Shown here: positions 49,347-59,462 of the stretch, one piece after another | Position numbering within the stretch: the first letter of the stretch is position 1 | How the letters are laid out: the number at the start of each line of letters is the position of its first letter | NCBI GenBank assembly: GCA_963773295.1 | Contig: CAVZAJ010000020.1 | Span: forward strand, 1,480-65,479 | Direction of reading: 5' to 3' | Source of the DNA: an uncultured Alphaproteobacteria bacterium | Lineage (GTDB): Bacteria > Pseudomonadota > Alphaproteobacteria > Rhizobiales > Aestuariivirgaceae | DNA length: 64,000 nucleotides | The notes under the pieces: generated by a model | Seen by the model: only the letters and a program-made list of their open reading frames with translations | What the model was told of the DNA's origin: nothing | Databases searched by the model: none | Translations under genes and position numbers: made by a program

Positions 49347-50420
49347 TCAAGCAAGGTTCAGGCGCCGGCCTTCCGCATTGAAGATGTGGAGATTTTCGGC
49401 CTCAAAGGTCAGTTTGGCTGTCTGGCCGGAACTGGTGCGAGGATCGCCGCGCACTTCGGCCACCACGGTGTGGCCGGACGGCAGCCGGACATGGGCAAAA
49501 CCCGACTCGCCCAGCCGTTCCACGATATCGACCGTCCCTGTGAGTCCGAATTTTCCCCTTCCGCCGAGCCGCATGTGCTCCGGCCTGAAGCCGAGGGTCA
49601 CCCTGTCGCCCGTTTTGCATGAGGAGGGGAATGCCGCCTTCAGTTCCTGTCCGTCGGGCAAGGCGAGGGCGCCGCCTTTTTTTACCTGTGCCGGCAGGAA
49701 GTTCATCGCCGGCGAGCCGATGAAACCGGCCACAAACAGGTTGTCGGGCTTGTAATAGAGGTCCAGCGGCTTGCCGGCCTGTTCGACCCGCCCCTTGTTC
49801 ATCACCACGATCTTGTCGGCCAGCGTCATGGCTTCCACCTGGTCATGGGTGACATAAACAATGGTGGCCTTCAGCATCTTGTGCAGCTTGGCGATCTCGA
49901 CCCGGGTGTTGATGCGCAGTGCCGCATCGAGGTTCGACAGGGGCTCGTCGAACAGGAACACTTGCGGCTTGCGCACGATGGCGCGGCCAATGGCGACACG
50001 CTGGCGCTGGCCGCCGGAAAGCTCGCGCGGCCGGCGCTTGAGCAGGGGTTCGAGCTGCAGGATGCGCGCCGCTTCGGTGACCCGCGCATCGATTTCCGCC
50101 TTGGGCGTCTTGGCGAATTTCAGCCCAAAGGCCATGTTGTTGTAGACATCCATGTGCGGATACAGCGCATAGGACTGGAACACCATGGCGATCTCGCGCT
50201 GCGCCGGAGGCAGATCGTTCACCTGCCTGCCGCCAATGGTCATGTTCCCGGAATTGACCGGTTCAAGCCCCGCGATGGAGCGCAGCAGGGTGGACTTGCC
50301 GCAACCCGATGGCCCGACAAGCACCACGAAGGAGCCGTCCTCGACCGTGAGGTCAATGTCCTTCAGCACCTCGACGGGGCCATAGGACTTGCAGAGCTTT
50401 TCGATTTTCACTTCCGACAT
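49347..50420 (-). CDS. Carbohydrate ABC ATP-binding protein (MalK-like)
   Basis: GPSGCGKST, FQSYALYPHM, LSGGQRQR and DEPLSNLD motifs. Confidence 0.95.
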   Translation of the reverse strand: MSEVKIEKLCKSYGPVEVLKDIDLTVEDGSFVVLVGPSGCGKSTLLRSIAGLEPVNSGNMTIGGRQVNDLPPAQREIAMVFQSYALYPHMDVYNNMAFGLKFAKTPKAEIDARVTEAARILQLEPLLKRRPRELSGGQRQRVAIGRAIVRKPQVFLFDEPLSNLDAALRINTRVEIAKLHKMLKATIVYVTHDQVEAMTLADKIVVMNKGRVEQAGKPLDLYYKPDNLFVAGFIGSPAMNFLPAQVKKGGALALPDGQELKAAFPSSCKTGDRVTLGFRPEHMRLGGRGKFGLTGTVDIVERLGESGFAHVRLPSGHTVVAEVRGDPRTSSGQTAKLTFEAENLHIFNAEGRRLNLA

Positions 50421-50427
50421 GCGGCCC

Positions 50428-51258
50428 TCACTTGACAGCGCCCGAGGTGAGGCCCCGGATCAATTGACGCGAAAAGATGACATAGAGGATGAGGACCGGA
50501 ATGATCGCCGTGGACAACGCGGAAAGAACGGCGTTCCAGTCGGTGATGTACTGGCCAAGGAACTGCTGGATTCCCAGCGTAATCGTCTGCTTGCCGCCGG
50601 TTGGCGCCAAAAGCAGCGGAAACCACAGGTCGTTCCATACGGGAATCATCGTGAACACCGCAACCGTCGCCATGGCCGGCCTGATCAGGGGCAGCACGAT
50701 GTAGAAAAAGATGCTGTATTCGCTGAGGCCGTCGCAGCGCCCGGCTTCGCGCAGGTCTTTCGGGATCTGCGCGATGAATTCGGAAAGGATGAAAATCGAC
50801 AGCGGCAGGTTCTGCGCGGTGTAGACCAGAATGAGGGCCGTCAGGGTATTGATCAGGTTCAGCTCCACGATGAGCTGGATGATGGCGACCGAACCCAGCC
50901 GTATCGGAACCATGATGCCGACCGCGAGGAAGAGGGCGAGCATCGTATTCCAGCGGAACTTGTATTCGGTCAACGCCCATGCCGCCATGGCGCCGAACAA
51001 CAGCGTGAAGAAAATCGTGCCGCCGGTGACCGTTATGGAGTTGAGATAGTAGCTGGCGATGGCGCTGTCGCCGAAAACCTTGTCATAGCCGATGAGCGAA
51101 AAGGTCGAAGGGGTCGGCAATGCGAGCGGCGCGCCAAATATCGCCTTGCGCGCCTTGAACGAGTTCATAATGACCAGAACGATCGGGAACAGGGCCAGGG
51201 CCGTATAGAGGATCAGGATGCCGTGAACTGCGATGGCGCTGGCTGGCTTCCGCATCAC
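50428..51258 (-). CDS. Carbohydrate ABC permease (MalG-like)
   Basis: EAGRCDG EAA loop and WNDLWFPL. Confidence 0.92.
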   Translation of the reverse strand: MMRKPASAIAVHGILILYTALALFPIVLVIMNSFKARKAIFGAPLALPTPSTFSLIGYDKVFGDSAIASYYLNSITVTGGTIFFTLLFGAMAAWALTEYKFRWNTMLALFLAVGIMVPIRLGSVAIIQLIVELNLINTLTALILVYTAQNLPLSIFILSEFIAQIPKDLREAGRCDGLSEYSIFFYIVLPLIRPAMATVAVFTMIPVWNDLWFPLLLAPTGGKQTITLGIQQFLGQYITDWNAVLSALSTAIIPVLILYVIFSRQLIRGLTSGAVK

Positions 51259-51262
51259 GGCC

Positions 51263-52222
51263 TCAGAAGGAATAGCGCTGCATGCGGCGCTGGATGAGGA
51301 AAAGATAGCACATCACGCCGACGAGAATGATGAGGAACATCATGGTGGCGATGGTTGACCCCATGGAAAGGTCGCCAAGCTGCAGCTGGTTGCCGAAAAA
51401 GGTGCGGTAGAACAGGGTGCCCATGATGTCGGCGGAGAAATTGGGCCCGGCCAGCGCCCCTTTCATCGCATAGATCAGGTCGAAAGCATTGAAGTTGTTG
51501 ACGAAGGTGAGAACCGACACGAGCCCGATAGTGGGCAGGATAAGCGGGAGCTTGACCCACACGAAGGCCTGGAACTGGTTGAGGCCATCGACGGTTGCCG
51601 CATCGATGAGCTCCTCGGGGATTGCCAGCAGGGCGGTGTAGATCAGGATCATCGGGATGCCCACGAACTGCCAGACCGAAATCAGCGAGATGGTAATGAG
51701 CGCGGTGGATTCCTGGCCAAGCCACGGGGCGAAGAGAAATCCCAGCCCGAGGGCATTCAGAAACATTTTGGAAATGCCCCAGAGCGGCGACAGGATCAAC
51801 TGCCAGGTGAAGCCGATGATCACCACCGACAGCATCGTGGGCATGAAGATCAGGGTGCGGTAGGTGGCGCGCAGGCGCAGCCGCGGCAGGCTCAGCATGG
51901 CAGCCAGCGCCAGGCCGATGGGATTTTGCACCAGCATATGGATGAGAAAGAAATAGCAGTTGTTGCGAAAGGCGTTCCAGAACGGCACCGACCAGGTTGT
52001 GTCGGTGAGCAGCGTGTGGAAATTGCCGAGGCCATTGAAGATGTAGGCGCCATCCGGCTGGCGCAAATAGAATGAATTGAAGATTGTGGCGAAGAGGGGA
52101 TAGATCGAGAAGACCGTGTAAATGACGACAGCGGGGCCCAGGAAAAACACCAGCAGCATGGCGTAGGATCCGCGGCCCATGCCAACGATAGCGTTGCCAG
52201 CTCCTGCCTTTGCGTCCGCCAT
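51263..52222 (-). CDS. Carbohydrate ABC permease (MalF-like)
   Basis: IPEELIDAATVDG and FDLIY motifs. Confidence 0.92.
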   Translation of the reverse strand: MADAKAGAGNAIVGMGRGSYAMLLVFFLGPAVVIYTVFSIYPLFATIFNSFYLRQPDGAYIFNGLGNFHTLLTDTTWSVPFWNAFRNNCYFFLIHMLVQNPIGLALAAMLSLPRLRLRATYRTLIFMPTMLSVVIIGFTWQLILSPLWGISKMFLNALGLGFLFAPWLGQESTALITISLISVWQFVGIPMILIYTALLAIPEELIDAATVDGLNQFQAFVWVKLPLILPTIGLVSVLTFVNNFNAFDLIYAMKGALAGPNFSADIMGTLFYRTFFGNQLQLGDLSMGSTIATMMFLIILVGVMCYLFLIQRRMQRYSF

Positions 52223-52283
52223 GTTCCCCCGCCTGATGGAAAGGGGCCGCCGACGGATTGTCGGCGGCCCCAATTTCTTTACG

Positions 52284-53540
52284 TCACTTCTGGTGCGGTG
52301 CGTACCATTTTTTCAACCCGTCTTCGAGCTGGGCCCCGGCGGCTTCCGGCGTCATGGTGCCGTTGAGCACCTGGGCCGAAACGTTCCACATCTCGTTTTC
52401 CAGGTTCGGCGTGCCGCGCGACAGGATCTGGTACGAGTTGCGGATGGTCGGCTTGCACTCGCCGCGCCAGCTGACGAAGGTCTGCGCCACGTCATCGGAA
52501 AGTGTGACCTTGGCGCTTGACAGCGGGAAGAAGCCCGGCAGCGAGTTCGCGAAGATGTTGGCGAATTCATCCGAGCCGATCCAGTCAAGGAAAACCTTGG
52601 CATCGGCGGCGTTGGCCGACTTTGCATTCATGCCGATGCCGATATCCGTGTGGTCTGAAATATAGCAGTCGGCTGAACCGGCTGGCGGCGGGGCCTTGAA
52701 GGCGCCCATCGGCACGTTCTGGCCGCGGAAGGTGGAAATGTCCCAGGATCCGGCTGCGTAGATGGCGCCCTTGCCGAGGCCGAAAAGGTTCTGGCTGTCG
52801 GGATAGGTCTGCGCCTTGTAGCCGTCACCCATGTAAGGCGCCCACTTGGCGAGTGCCGCGAAGGTGTTCACATATTCCGGATCGGTGAGCTTGCCCGTGC
52901 CGTCGATCAGCTTCTTGCGGCCTTCCTCGCCTTTCCAGTAGTTGGGCCCGATGTTCTGGAAACCCATGGTGGCGGCATCCCACTGGTCGTTGGTGCCCAG
53001 GACCAGCGGAACATATTTGCCGTCTTTCTTGATTGTCTCGAGAACCGCCAGGAATTCTTCTTCGGTTTTGGGCTCGGTGAGCTTCAGTTCGGCGAAAATG
53101 TCCTTGTTGTAGATAAAGCCGTGAATAACCGAGGCCATCGGCACGCAGAAAGTGGTCTTGCCATCATCGGTCGTCCAGGCGCTCTTGGCCACATCCGAAA
53201 AGCCCGCCATGCTTGGCAGGTCGTTCAGGCTTGCGAGATGGCCCTTGTTGAAGAGCTCGAGCGAGGCATCGAAGGGGCGGCAGGTGATGATGTCGCCGGC
53301 GGTGCCGCCTTCAAGGCGGGCATTCAGCGCCGCATTATATTCCTTGGGCGCGGTGGGCGTGAATTCCACCGTGATGTCGGGGTGCTTTGCCTGGAAGGCA
53401 GGAATGATTTTTTCCTTCCAGATGGTGGCGTCGTCGTTGCGCCAGCTCTCGATGGTAAGTTTTCCCGCCGCTGCGGCGCCAACGAATGCCGTCATGGCAA
53501 CAGCCGCGAGCAGCATGGTCTTCAGTCCAGTCCTTAACAT
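52284..53540 (-). CDS. Carbohydrate ABC substrate-binding protein (amino sugar by context)
   Basis: Signal peptide; ESWRNDD, CRPFD, VIHGFIYN motifs; downstream of murQ; hairpin at 52243-52271 follows. Confidence 0.88.
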   Translation of the reverse strand: MLRTGLKTMLLAAVAMTAFVGAAAAGKLTIESWRNDDATIWKEKIIPAFQAKHPDITVEFTPTAPKEYNAALNARLEGGTAGDIITCRPFDASLELFNKGHLASLNDLPSMAGFSDVAKSAWTTDDGKTTFCVPMASVIHGFIYNKDIFAELKLTEPKTEEEFLAVLETIKKDGKYVPLVLGTNDQWDAATMGFQNIGPNYWKGEEGRKKLIDGTGKLTDPEYVNTFAALAKWAPYMGDGYKAQTYPDSQNLFGLGKGAIYAAGSWDISTFRGQNVPMGAFKAPPPAGSADCYISDHTDIGIGMNAKSANAADAKVFLDWIGSDEFANIFANSLPGFFPLSSAKVTLSDDVAQTFVSWRGECKPTIRNSYQILSRGTPNLENEMWNVSAQVLNGTMTPEAAGAQLEDGLKKWYAPHQK

Positions 53541-53579
53541 GGGTTTCTCCCTTTCCTCTATTTGACGTTACTTCAAAAC

Positions 53580-54470
53580 TTAGCGTGGTGCGGAAAGCCG
53601 TGAAAGGGCCAGCCGTAGATTGCCGTCGCTTTCAAGGAGCAGGCGCTGTGCAGCGTCGGGCGATACGGCCCCGGCGCTGATCAGGACCGCGGGTTTAACT
53701 TCGCCTCTGGTGAGTTCGAGGGCTGCGGCGGCGTCCTTCTCGCTGACCCCGGCAATGTGCGAGACAATGCCGGCGGCGCGGGCCTTGAGCTTGCGATTGT
53801 CGGCCCGCACATTGACCATCATGCCGTCGTGGACGGCCCCCAGCTTGATATGGACAAGCGTGGACAGGAAATTGAGGGCGGCCTTTTGCGCCGTGCCGGC
53901 GCCCATGCGGGTAGACCCGGTGATGACCTCGGGCCCGGAATCGAGAAGTATTTCGATGTCCGCCGCAGCCGCCAGGGCGGAGTGCGGGTTGTTGACGACG
54001 CCAATGACTTTCGCGCCGGCTTCCCTGGCGCGCTTGGCGGCAGCGATCGTGTACGCTGTTGAGCCGGACGCGGCGATGGCAATCAGCGCGTCGCCGGCCT
54101 TGCAGGCCGAAGCAGCACGGTCGCCTTCGCTGGCGTCATCTTCTGCGTCAGCAAGCGTTTCGAACATGGCGGCGCGGCCGCCGGCAATGAGGTAGTCGAT
54201 CTTGCCTTCATCCATGCCGAAGGTTGCCGGCAGTTCCGAACCATCCTGCACGCCAATGCGGATTGAGGTTCCGGCTCCGGCATAAAAGAGGTGCCCGCCA
54301 TCGGCCAAACAGGCGGCAATGGCGTTGGCCGCTTTCGAAATTTGCGGAATGGCGGCCCTGACGGCGGCAATGGCCCGCTCCTGTCCTCCGGCAAATGCCG
54401 CCAGAATCTCGGCATCGCTCCAGGTGTCGATACCCGTCGATTCCGGCAAATTGGTCTCGGTTTTTCGCAT
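53580..54470 (-). CDS. murQ: N-acetylmuramic acid 6-phosphate etherase
   Basis: GAGTS.R..V.D.SE.P.TFG, AED, AASG.T, GPEVITGSTRM.AGTAQK and MVNV...N.KL..RA motifs. Confidence 0.88.
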   Translation of the reverse strand: MRKTETNLPESTGIDTWSDAEILAAFAGGQERAIAAVRAAIPQISKAANAIAACLADGGHLFYAGAGTSIRIGVQDGSELPATFGMDEGKIDYLIAGGRAAMFETLADAEDDASEGDRAASACKAGDALIAIAASGSTAYTIAAAKRAREAGAKVIGVVNNPHSALAAAADIEILLDSGPEVITGSTRMGAGTAQKAALNFLSTLVHIKLGAVHDGMMVNVRADNRKLKARAAGIVSHIAGVSEKDAAAALELTRGEVKPAVLISAGAVSPDAAQRLLLESDGNLRLALSRLSAPR

Positions 54471-54491
54471 GGATGCTCCCATAAATGCGAC

Positions 54492-54610
54492 AATACCAAA
54501 TAAATACCACTTGTCTAGTAGAAAGTATTAACCATAGAATAGTTGTGGAATTTGTTGAAATTTTGATATTTATTAACAAAACTCTTCACATTTGGTATTG
54601 TTTTGGTATT
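54492..54610. promoter_or_regulatory. Two pairs of TGGTATT direct repeats (NagQ-type operators) in a divergent promoter
   Basis: AATACCA at 54492 and 54503; TGGTATT at 54593 and 54604; both pairs have an 11-bp period. Confidence 0.75.
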
Positions 54611-54618
54611 GTAGGGCC

Positions 54619-55503
54619 ATGAACCAGCCGATGGCGTATTTTCTTGGCATTGATGGCGGCGGCAGCCGCTGCCGGGCCCGCATTCGCGACGCCGCGGGGC
54701 ATATGCTGGGTGAAGCCATGGGCGGCTCCTCCAATATCTACCAGGATTTTGATGGGGCGCTGGCCAACATTGTTGCAACTGCTGCAGACGCCGCAGCCAA
54801 GGCGCAATTAAAGGCAGGCGATCTGCATGCCGGGCTGGGCCTTGCCGGCATCGTGACCTCCGTTGGGGCAGAGCGGATTGCCGAAGCCAAATTGCCGTTC
54901 GCTTCGGTGATCGCCGACAATGATGCCTACGCGGCCTGGGTCGGCGCTTTTGCCGGAAGCGACGGCGGCATTGTAATTGCGGGCACCGGCTCCATCGGCT
55001 TTGCCTCCATCAAGGGCGCGCGCCACATGGTGGGCGGCTGGGGATTTGCCCTTGGCGATCATGGCTCCGGCGCCTGGCTCGGCCATCATGCGGTGCGCCG
55101 CGCCGCTCTTGCCATTGATGGCTTGCTGCAGCCCACGCCATTGATCGAGGAAGTATTGTCGCGGGTTGGCCGCAACCGGTTCGATGTTTCCCGCTGGTCG
55201 GAGCAGGCAACGCCCAAGGATTATGCCGAGATGGCGCCCCTGGTTTTTGAATGTGCCGCCAGGGGCGATGTGGTTGGCATGACCATTGTGATTGAAGGGG
55301 CCGCCGCCATTTCCAGCTTGGGCCGCGCCCTGCTGGCGCGCGGCGCCGGCAAGCTTTGCCTGCTCGGCGGCGTGTCGAAGGTTTATCCGCCCTATCTCGA
55401 CGCCGACGTGAAGCAGGCGCTTGCCGCACCCGGCGCTGATGCATTGGATGGTGCCATCATGATGGCCCGCCGTTCGCAGGGCCTGCCGGTGAGCTGGGCA
55501 TGA
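54619..55503 (+). CDS. BadF/BadG/BcrA/BcrD-type N-acetylglucosamine kinase
   Basis: LGIDGGGS, NDA, IAGTGS and GGWGFALGDHGSG motifs. Confidence 0.88.
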   Translation: MNQPMAYFLGIDGGGSRCRARIRDAAGHMLGEAMGGSSNIYQDFDGALANIVATAADAAAKAQLKAGDLHAGLGLAGIVTSVGAERIAEAKLPFASVIADNDAYAAWVGAFAGSDGGIVIAGTGSIGFASIKGARHMVGGWGFALGDHGSGAWLGHHAVRRAALAIDGLLQPTPLIEEVLSRVGRNRFDVSRWSEQATPKDYAEMAPLVFECAARGDVVGMTIVIEGAAAISSLGRALLARGAGKLCLLGGVSKVYPPYLDADVKQALAAPGADALDGAIMMARRSQGLPVSWA

Positions 55504-56270
55504 ACGCCTTCCAAACCATCTTCCAGCGCAGCCGCTTTGAGCGCGACAGCTCTGCCCCGCGCTATCTGCGCGTGAAAAAACTGGTGCAGGATGCGGTGGC
55601 GTCCGGCGATCTCAAGGAAGGCGATGCCATTCCCGGCGAGCGCGACGTGGCGGTGCTGCTTGATGTTTCACGCGTCACCGTGCGCAAGGCCTTCACCGAT
55701 CTTGTGGCCGAAGGCCTGCTCGTGCAGCGCCGGGGTTCCGGCACTTACGTGAGCGGGCCCACACGGCGCATCGAACAGCCCCTGTCGCGTCTCACCAGTT
55801 TCACCCAGGACATGCAGCTGCGCGGCCTCAAGACCGATGCCGATTGGCTTGACCGCTCCACCGGGCTTCCGACGCCGGAAGAGGCGCTCAAGCTTTCGAT
55901 TTCTCCGGGCGAGCATGTCTCGCGCTTCCACCGCCTGCGCCGCGCCGACGGCGTTCCCATGGCCATTGAGCTGGCGGTGATCCCGCAACATTTCTTGCCT
56001 GATCCGGCAAGCGTCAGGGGATCGCTCTATGAAGCTCTTGAAACGCGCGGTGTCAGGCCGGTGCGGGCGCTTCAGCGCCTGCACGCAACCGCGCTGACGA
56101 TGCAGGAAGCCAAGCTCCTCGATCTGCCGGACGGCAGCCCGGCACTGTTCATCGAACGCATTTCCTATCTGCCCGATGGCCGCATCATTGAGTTCACCCG
56201 CTCCCATTATCGCGGCGATAGCTATGATTTCGTCGCCGAGCTCACCATTTCGCCGGGAGCAAAGCCATGA
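55500..56270 (+). CDS. GntR/HutC family regulator with UTRA domain (NagQ-like)
   Basis: PGER...VSRVTVRKA...GSGTYV and YRGDSYDF motifs; within the nag operon. Confidence 0.9.
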   Translation: MNAFQTIFQRSRFERDSSAPRYLRVKKLVQDAVASGDLKEGDAIPGERDVAVLLDVSRVTVRKAFTDLVAEGLLVQRRGSGTYVSGPTRRIEQPLSRLTSFTQDMQLRGLKTDADWLDRSTGLPTPEEALKLSISPGEHVSRFHRLRRADGVPMAIELAVIPQHFLPDPASVRGSLYEALETRGVRPVRALQRLHATALTMQEAKLLDLPDGSPALFIERISYLPDGRIIEFTRSHYRGDSYDFVAELTISPGAKP

Positions 56271-57271
56271 GTCACATGGCGCGCGAAGCCGCCGAGGCGC
56301 CGGAAGCCGTTGCCCGCTTTCTCCAGCGCAACGATGAACAGCTCAAGGAGATTGGCGCACGGCTCAGGCTCAGGCCGCCGCCCGTCATCATCACTTCGGC
56401 ACGGGGAAGTTCCGACAGCGCCGCCGGCTATTTTAAGTATCTCACCGAAATCCTGGCGGGCGTTCCGTGCTCCTCGGTGGGCGCCTCGGTTGTCTCGGTC
56501 TATGGCGCCAAGCTGCAACTGAAGAACGGTTTGTGTGTGACGGTTTCCCAATCGGGAAAAAGCCCGGATATCGTGGCGCTGCAGGATGCGGCCCGCAAGG
56601 CAGGGGCCTTGACCGTGGCCCTGGTCAACGTGGAGGATTCGCCTGCCGCCCATGCCGCCGACATTTGCCTGGCCCTTCATGCCGGTCCCGAACTGAGCGT
56701 GGCGGCAACGAAATCCTATATCGTCTCATTGGCGGCCGGAGCGGCAATCGTCGCCCGTTGGCTGGACCGCAAGGATCTGCTTGCCGCGCTCGATGCCCTG
56801 CCGGAGCAACTGGCAAGGGCGGCTAAAATTGATTGGCCCGAAGCGGTCGCCCTCGCAAAGGACGCAGAGTCGCTTTACGTTCTGGCGCGTGGCCCGGCGC
56901 TGCCCATCGCCACCGAAACGGCGCTGAAGCTGAAGGAAACCTGCGCCATTCACGCCGAGGCCTATTCCATCGCCGAAGTAATGCACGGGCCCCTCGAGCT
57001 TCTCGGCGCAGGCTTTCCGGTTCTTGCCTATTCGCCGGACGATGAGGCGCGCCCATCCTCGCGCGAATCCCTCGGCAAGATCGGCCAGACCGGAGCCCAT
57101 GTCCTGGTGGCCGGGGAGGGCGGGCTTCCCTACACGCGCACCGGCAATTCCCTGCTTGATCCCATCTCCATCATCCAGACCGCCTATCGTTTTGTCGAGG
57201 CAACCGCCGTGGCCCGTGGCCGCGACCCTGACAAACCCCGGCTCCTTAAAAAAGTGACGGAGACGGTGTGA
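56267..57271 (+). CDS. SIS-domain glucosamine-6-phosphate deaminase (NagB-II type)
   Basis: ARGSSD, SQSGKSPD, AGPELSVAATKS, LKLKE, HGP and L.KVTETV motifs. Confidence 0.88.
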   Translation: MSHMAREAAEAPEAVARFLQRNDEQLKEIGARLRLRPPPVIITSARGSSDSAAGYFKYLTEILAGVPCSSVGASVVSVYGAKLQLKNGLCVTVSQSGKSPDIVALQDAARKAGALTVALVNVEDSPAAHAADICLALHAGPELSVAATKSYIVSLAAGAAIVARWLDRKDLLAALDALPEQLARAAKIDWPEAVALAKDAESLYVLARGPALPIATETALKLKETCAIHAEAYSIAEVMHGPLELLGAGFPVLAYSPDDEARPSSRESLGKIGQTGAHVLVAGEGGLPYTRTGNSLLDPISIIQTAYRFVEATAVARGRDPDKPRLLKKVTETV

Positions 57272-58401
57272 TGGCATTCGCCCTCACCGGATCCCGTGTT
57301 TTCGATGGCGAGAACATTCGCGGCGGCCTTGCGATTATCATTGAGGGTGACCGCATCGCTGAAGTCGTGCCTGAGGAAAAACTCGCCTCCGGCATTGCGC
57401 GGCGCGCCTTGAACGGCGGACTCCTGGCGCCGGGTTTCATCGACGTGCAGGTGAACGGCGGCGGCGGCGCCTTGCTCAACGGCAATCCCACCATCGATAC
57501 GGTGCGCCGCATCGCTGAATCCCATCGCAAGTACGGAACCACGGGAATGCTGCCGACGGTCATCACCGACGCGCCGGAGATATTGGCGCAGGCAATTGCT
57601 GCCGTGAAAGCGGCGCGCGTGGAAAAAGTTCCAGGCATCCTCGGCATCCATATCGAAGGCCCGTTCCTCGACCCGGAGCGCAAAGGGGCCCATGAGCTCC
57701 GTTTCATCCGCGAGATGAGCGGGGCGGACGTGGACCAGATCGCCAATGCCGATTGCGGCAGCGTCATGCTGACGCTCGCGCCCAATCGGGTGCCGCCGGG
57801 CATGATCAAGTCGCTGGCCGGGAAAGAGGTGCTTGTCAGCCTTGGGCATTCCGAAGCGAGCCTTTCTGAGGTTGCAAAAGCCTTGGCCGCCGGAGCCCGG
57901 GCCTTCACCCATCTCTTCAATGCCATGAGCCAGATGAATGGCCGCGAGCCCGGCATGGTGGGTGCCGCCCTGGCGGATCCGGACAGTTTCTGCGGATTGA
58001 TCGCCGATGGCCACCACGTCCACGACGCCGCCATCAAAGTCGCCCTTGCCGCAAAGCCCCGGAGCCGTTTCATGCTGATCACCGACGCCATGCCGGCTGC
58101 CGCCGGCGGTCCGGACAATTTCAAACTGCAGGGACGCGCCGTTCGCCGCGTGGATGGCAGGCTGGTGCTGGATGATGGAACCCTTGCCGGCTCCAACCTG
58201 ACCATGGATGAAGCCGTGCGCTATTGCGTCGAGCGGCTTGGGGTCGCCTTGGAGGATGCCTTGCGCATGGCTTCGCTTAATCCCGCGGCGTTTCTCCGGC
58301 GCGATCACGAGCTTGGCCGCATCAAATCCGGCTATCTTGCGAGCCTTGTGCATTTGGGTGATGATCTGCGGGTTCGCCAAACATGGATCGACGGCAAATG
58401 A
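57271..58401 (+). CDS. nagA: N-acetylglucosamine-6-phosphate deacetylase
   Basis: PGFIDVQVNG, HIEGPF, KGAH, THLFNAM, DGHHV and TLAGS motifs. Confidence 0.95.
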   Translation: MAFALTGSRVFDGENIRGGLAIIIEGDRIAEVVPEEKLASGIARRALNGGLLAPGFIDVQVNGGGGALLNGNPTIDTVRRIAESHRKYGTTGMLPTVITDAPEILAQAIAAVKAARVEKVPGILGIHIEGPFLDPERKGAHELRFIREMSGADVDQIANADCGSVMLTLAPNRVPPGMIKSLAGKEVLVSLGHSEASLSEVAKALAAGARAFTHLFNAMSQMNGREPGMVGAALADPDSFCGLIADGHHVHDAAIKVALAAKPRSRFMLITDAMPAAAGGPDNFKLQGRAVRRVDGRLVLDDGTLAGSNLTMDEAVRYCVERLGVALEDALRMASLNPAAFLRRDHELGRIKSGYLASLVHLGDDLRVRQTWIDGK

Positions 58402-59462
58402 AGAAAATCAAAGTGCTTGTGGTGGGCCTCGGCAATATGGGGCTGAGCCACGCCCGCGCCTACAAGTCCAACAAGGGGTTCGAGATCGCGGGCCTCTGCA
58501 GCCGCGGCATTGAAACGCGCGACGATATCAAGAAGGAGTTTCCCGGAGCGCCGCTTTTTTCGGATTACGCCGGGGCGCTGGCCGCCACAAAGCCCGACGC
58601 CGTATCCATCAACACCTGGCCTGATACCCACGCCGCCTATGCTAGGATGGCCTTGAAGGCAGGCTGTCACATCTTCATGGAAAAACCCTTGGCCGATACG
58701 GTGGCCGAGGCCGAAGAGATTGCCAGGCTCGCCAAGGCCTCCGGCAAAAAACTGGTGATCGGCTATATTCTGCGGGTTCATCCCTCCTGGGTGAAGTTTG
58801 TTGAAGTCGGGAAAACCCTGGGCAAGCCGCTGGTCATGCGGATGAACCTCAACCAGCAGTCTTCCGGCGCGCAATGGGCGGTGCACAAGCATCTGATGAA
58901 TTCCATCAGCCCCATCGTCGATTGCGGCGTGCACTATGTCGACGTTATGTGCCAGGTGACGGGCGCCAAACCCGTTCGCGTTCATGCGGTGGGCGCGCGC
59001 CTCACCAGTGAAGTCGATGAGCACATGTACAATTACGGCCATCTTCATGTGGCCTTCGATGACGGTTCGGTGGGGTGGTACGAAGCAGGCTGGGGCCCCA
59101 TGATGAGCGAAACGGCCTTTTTCGTGAAAGACATGATCGGCCCCAAGGGCTCGGTGTCGATTGCCGTGGAAGAGTCGAAAACCGCATCATCCGACGTCGA
59201 CAGCCACACGCGCACCAGTGCGCTGCGCCTGCATCATGCTCTCCTCACTCCCAAGGGGAGCTTTGCCACGCCCGACGAAGTCATCCGCATGGACGATGAA
59301 CCCGGCCATCAGGAGCTTTGCAACCGCGAACAGGAGTTGTTCCTTGACGCGATCCGCCATGACCGCGACATGAGCGGCCATGTGGAGGATGCCATCAACT
59401 CGCTCCGCATCGTGCTGGCGGCCGATGAAAGCGTGCGCACCGGCCAGGTGGTGGCCCTTTGA
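58398..59462 (+). CDS. Gfo/Idh/MocA oxidoreductase
   Basis: GLGNMG, MEKPLA and VDCGVHYVD motifs; ATGA overlap with nagA. Confidence 0.9.
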   Translation: MKKIKVLVVGLGNMGLSHARAYKSNKGFEIAGLCSRGIETRDDIKKEFPGAPLFSDYAGALAATKPDAVSINTWPDTHAAYARMALKAGCHIFMEKPLADTVAEAEEIARLAKASGKKLVIGYILRVHPSWVKFVEVGKTLGKPLVMRMNLNQQSSGAQWAVHKHLMNSISPIVDCGVHYVDVMCQVTGAKPVRVHAVGARLTSEVDEHMYNYGHLHVAFDDGSVGWYEAGWGPMMSETAFFVKDMIGPKGSVSIAVEESKTASSDVDSHTRTSALRLHHALLTPKGSFATPDEVIRMDDEPGHQELCNREQELFLDAIRHDRDMSGHVEDAINSLRIVLAADESVRTGQVVAL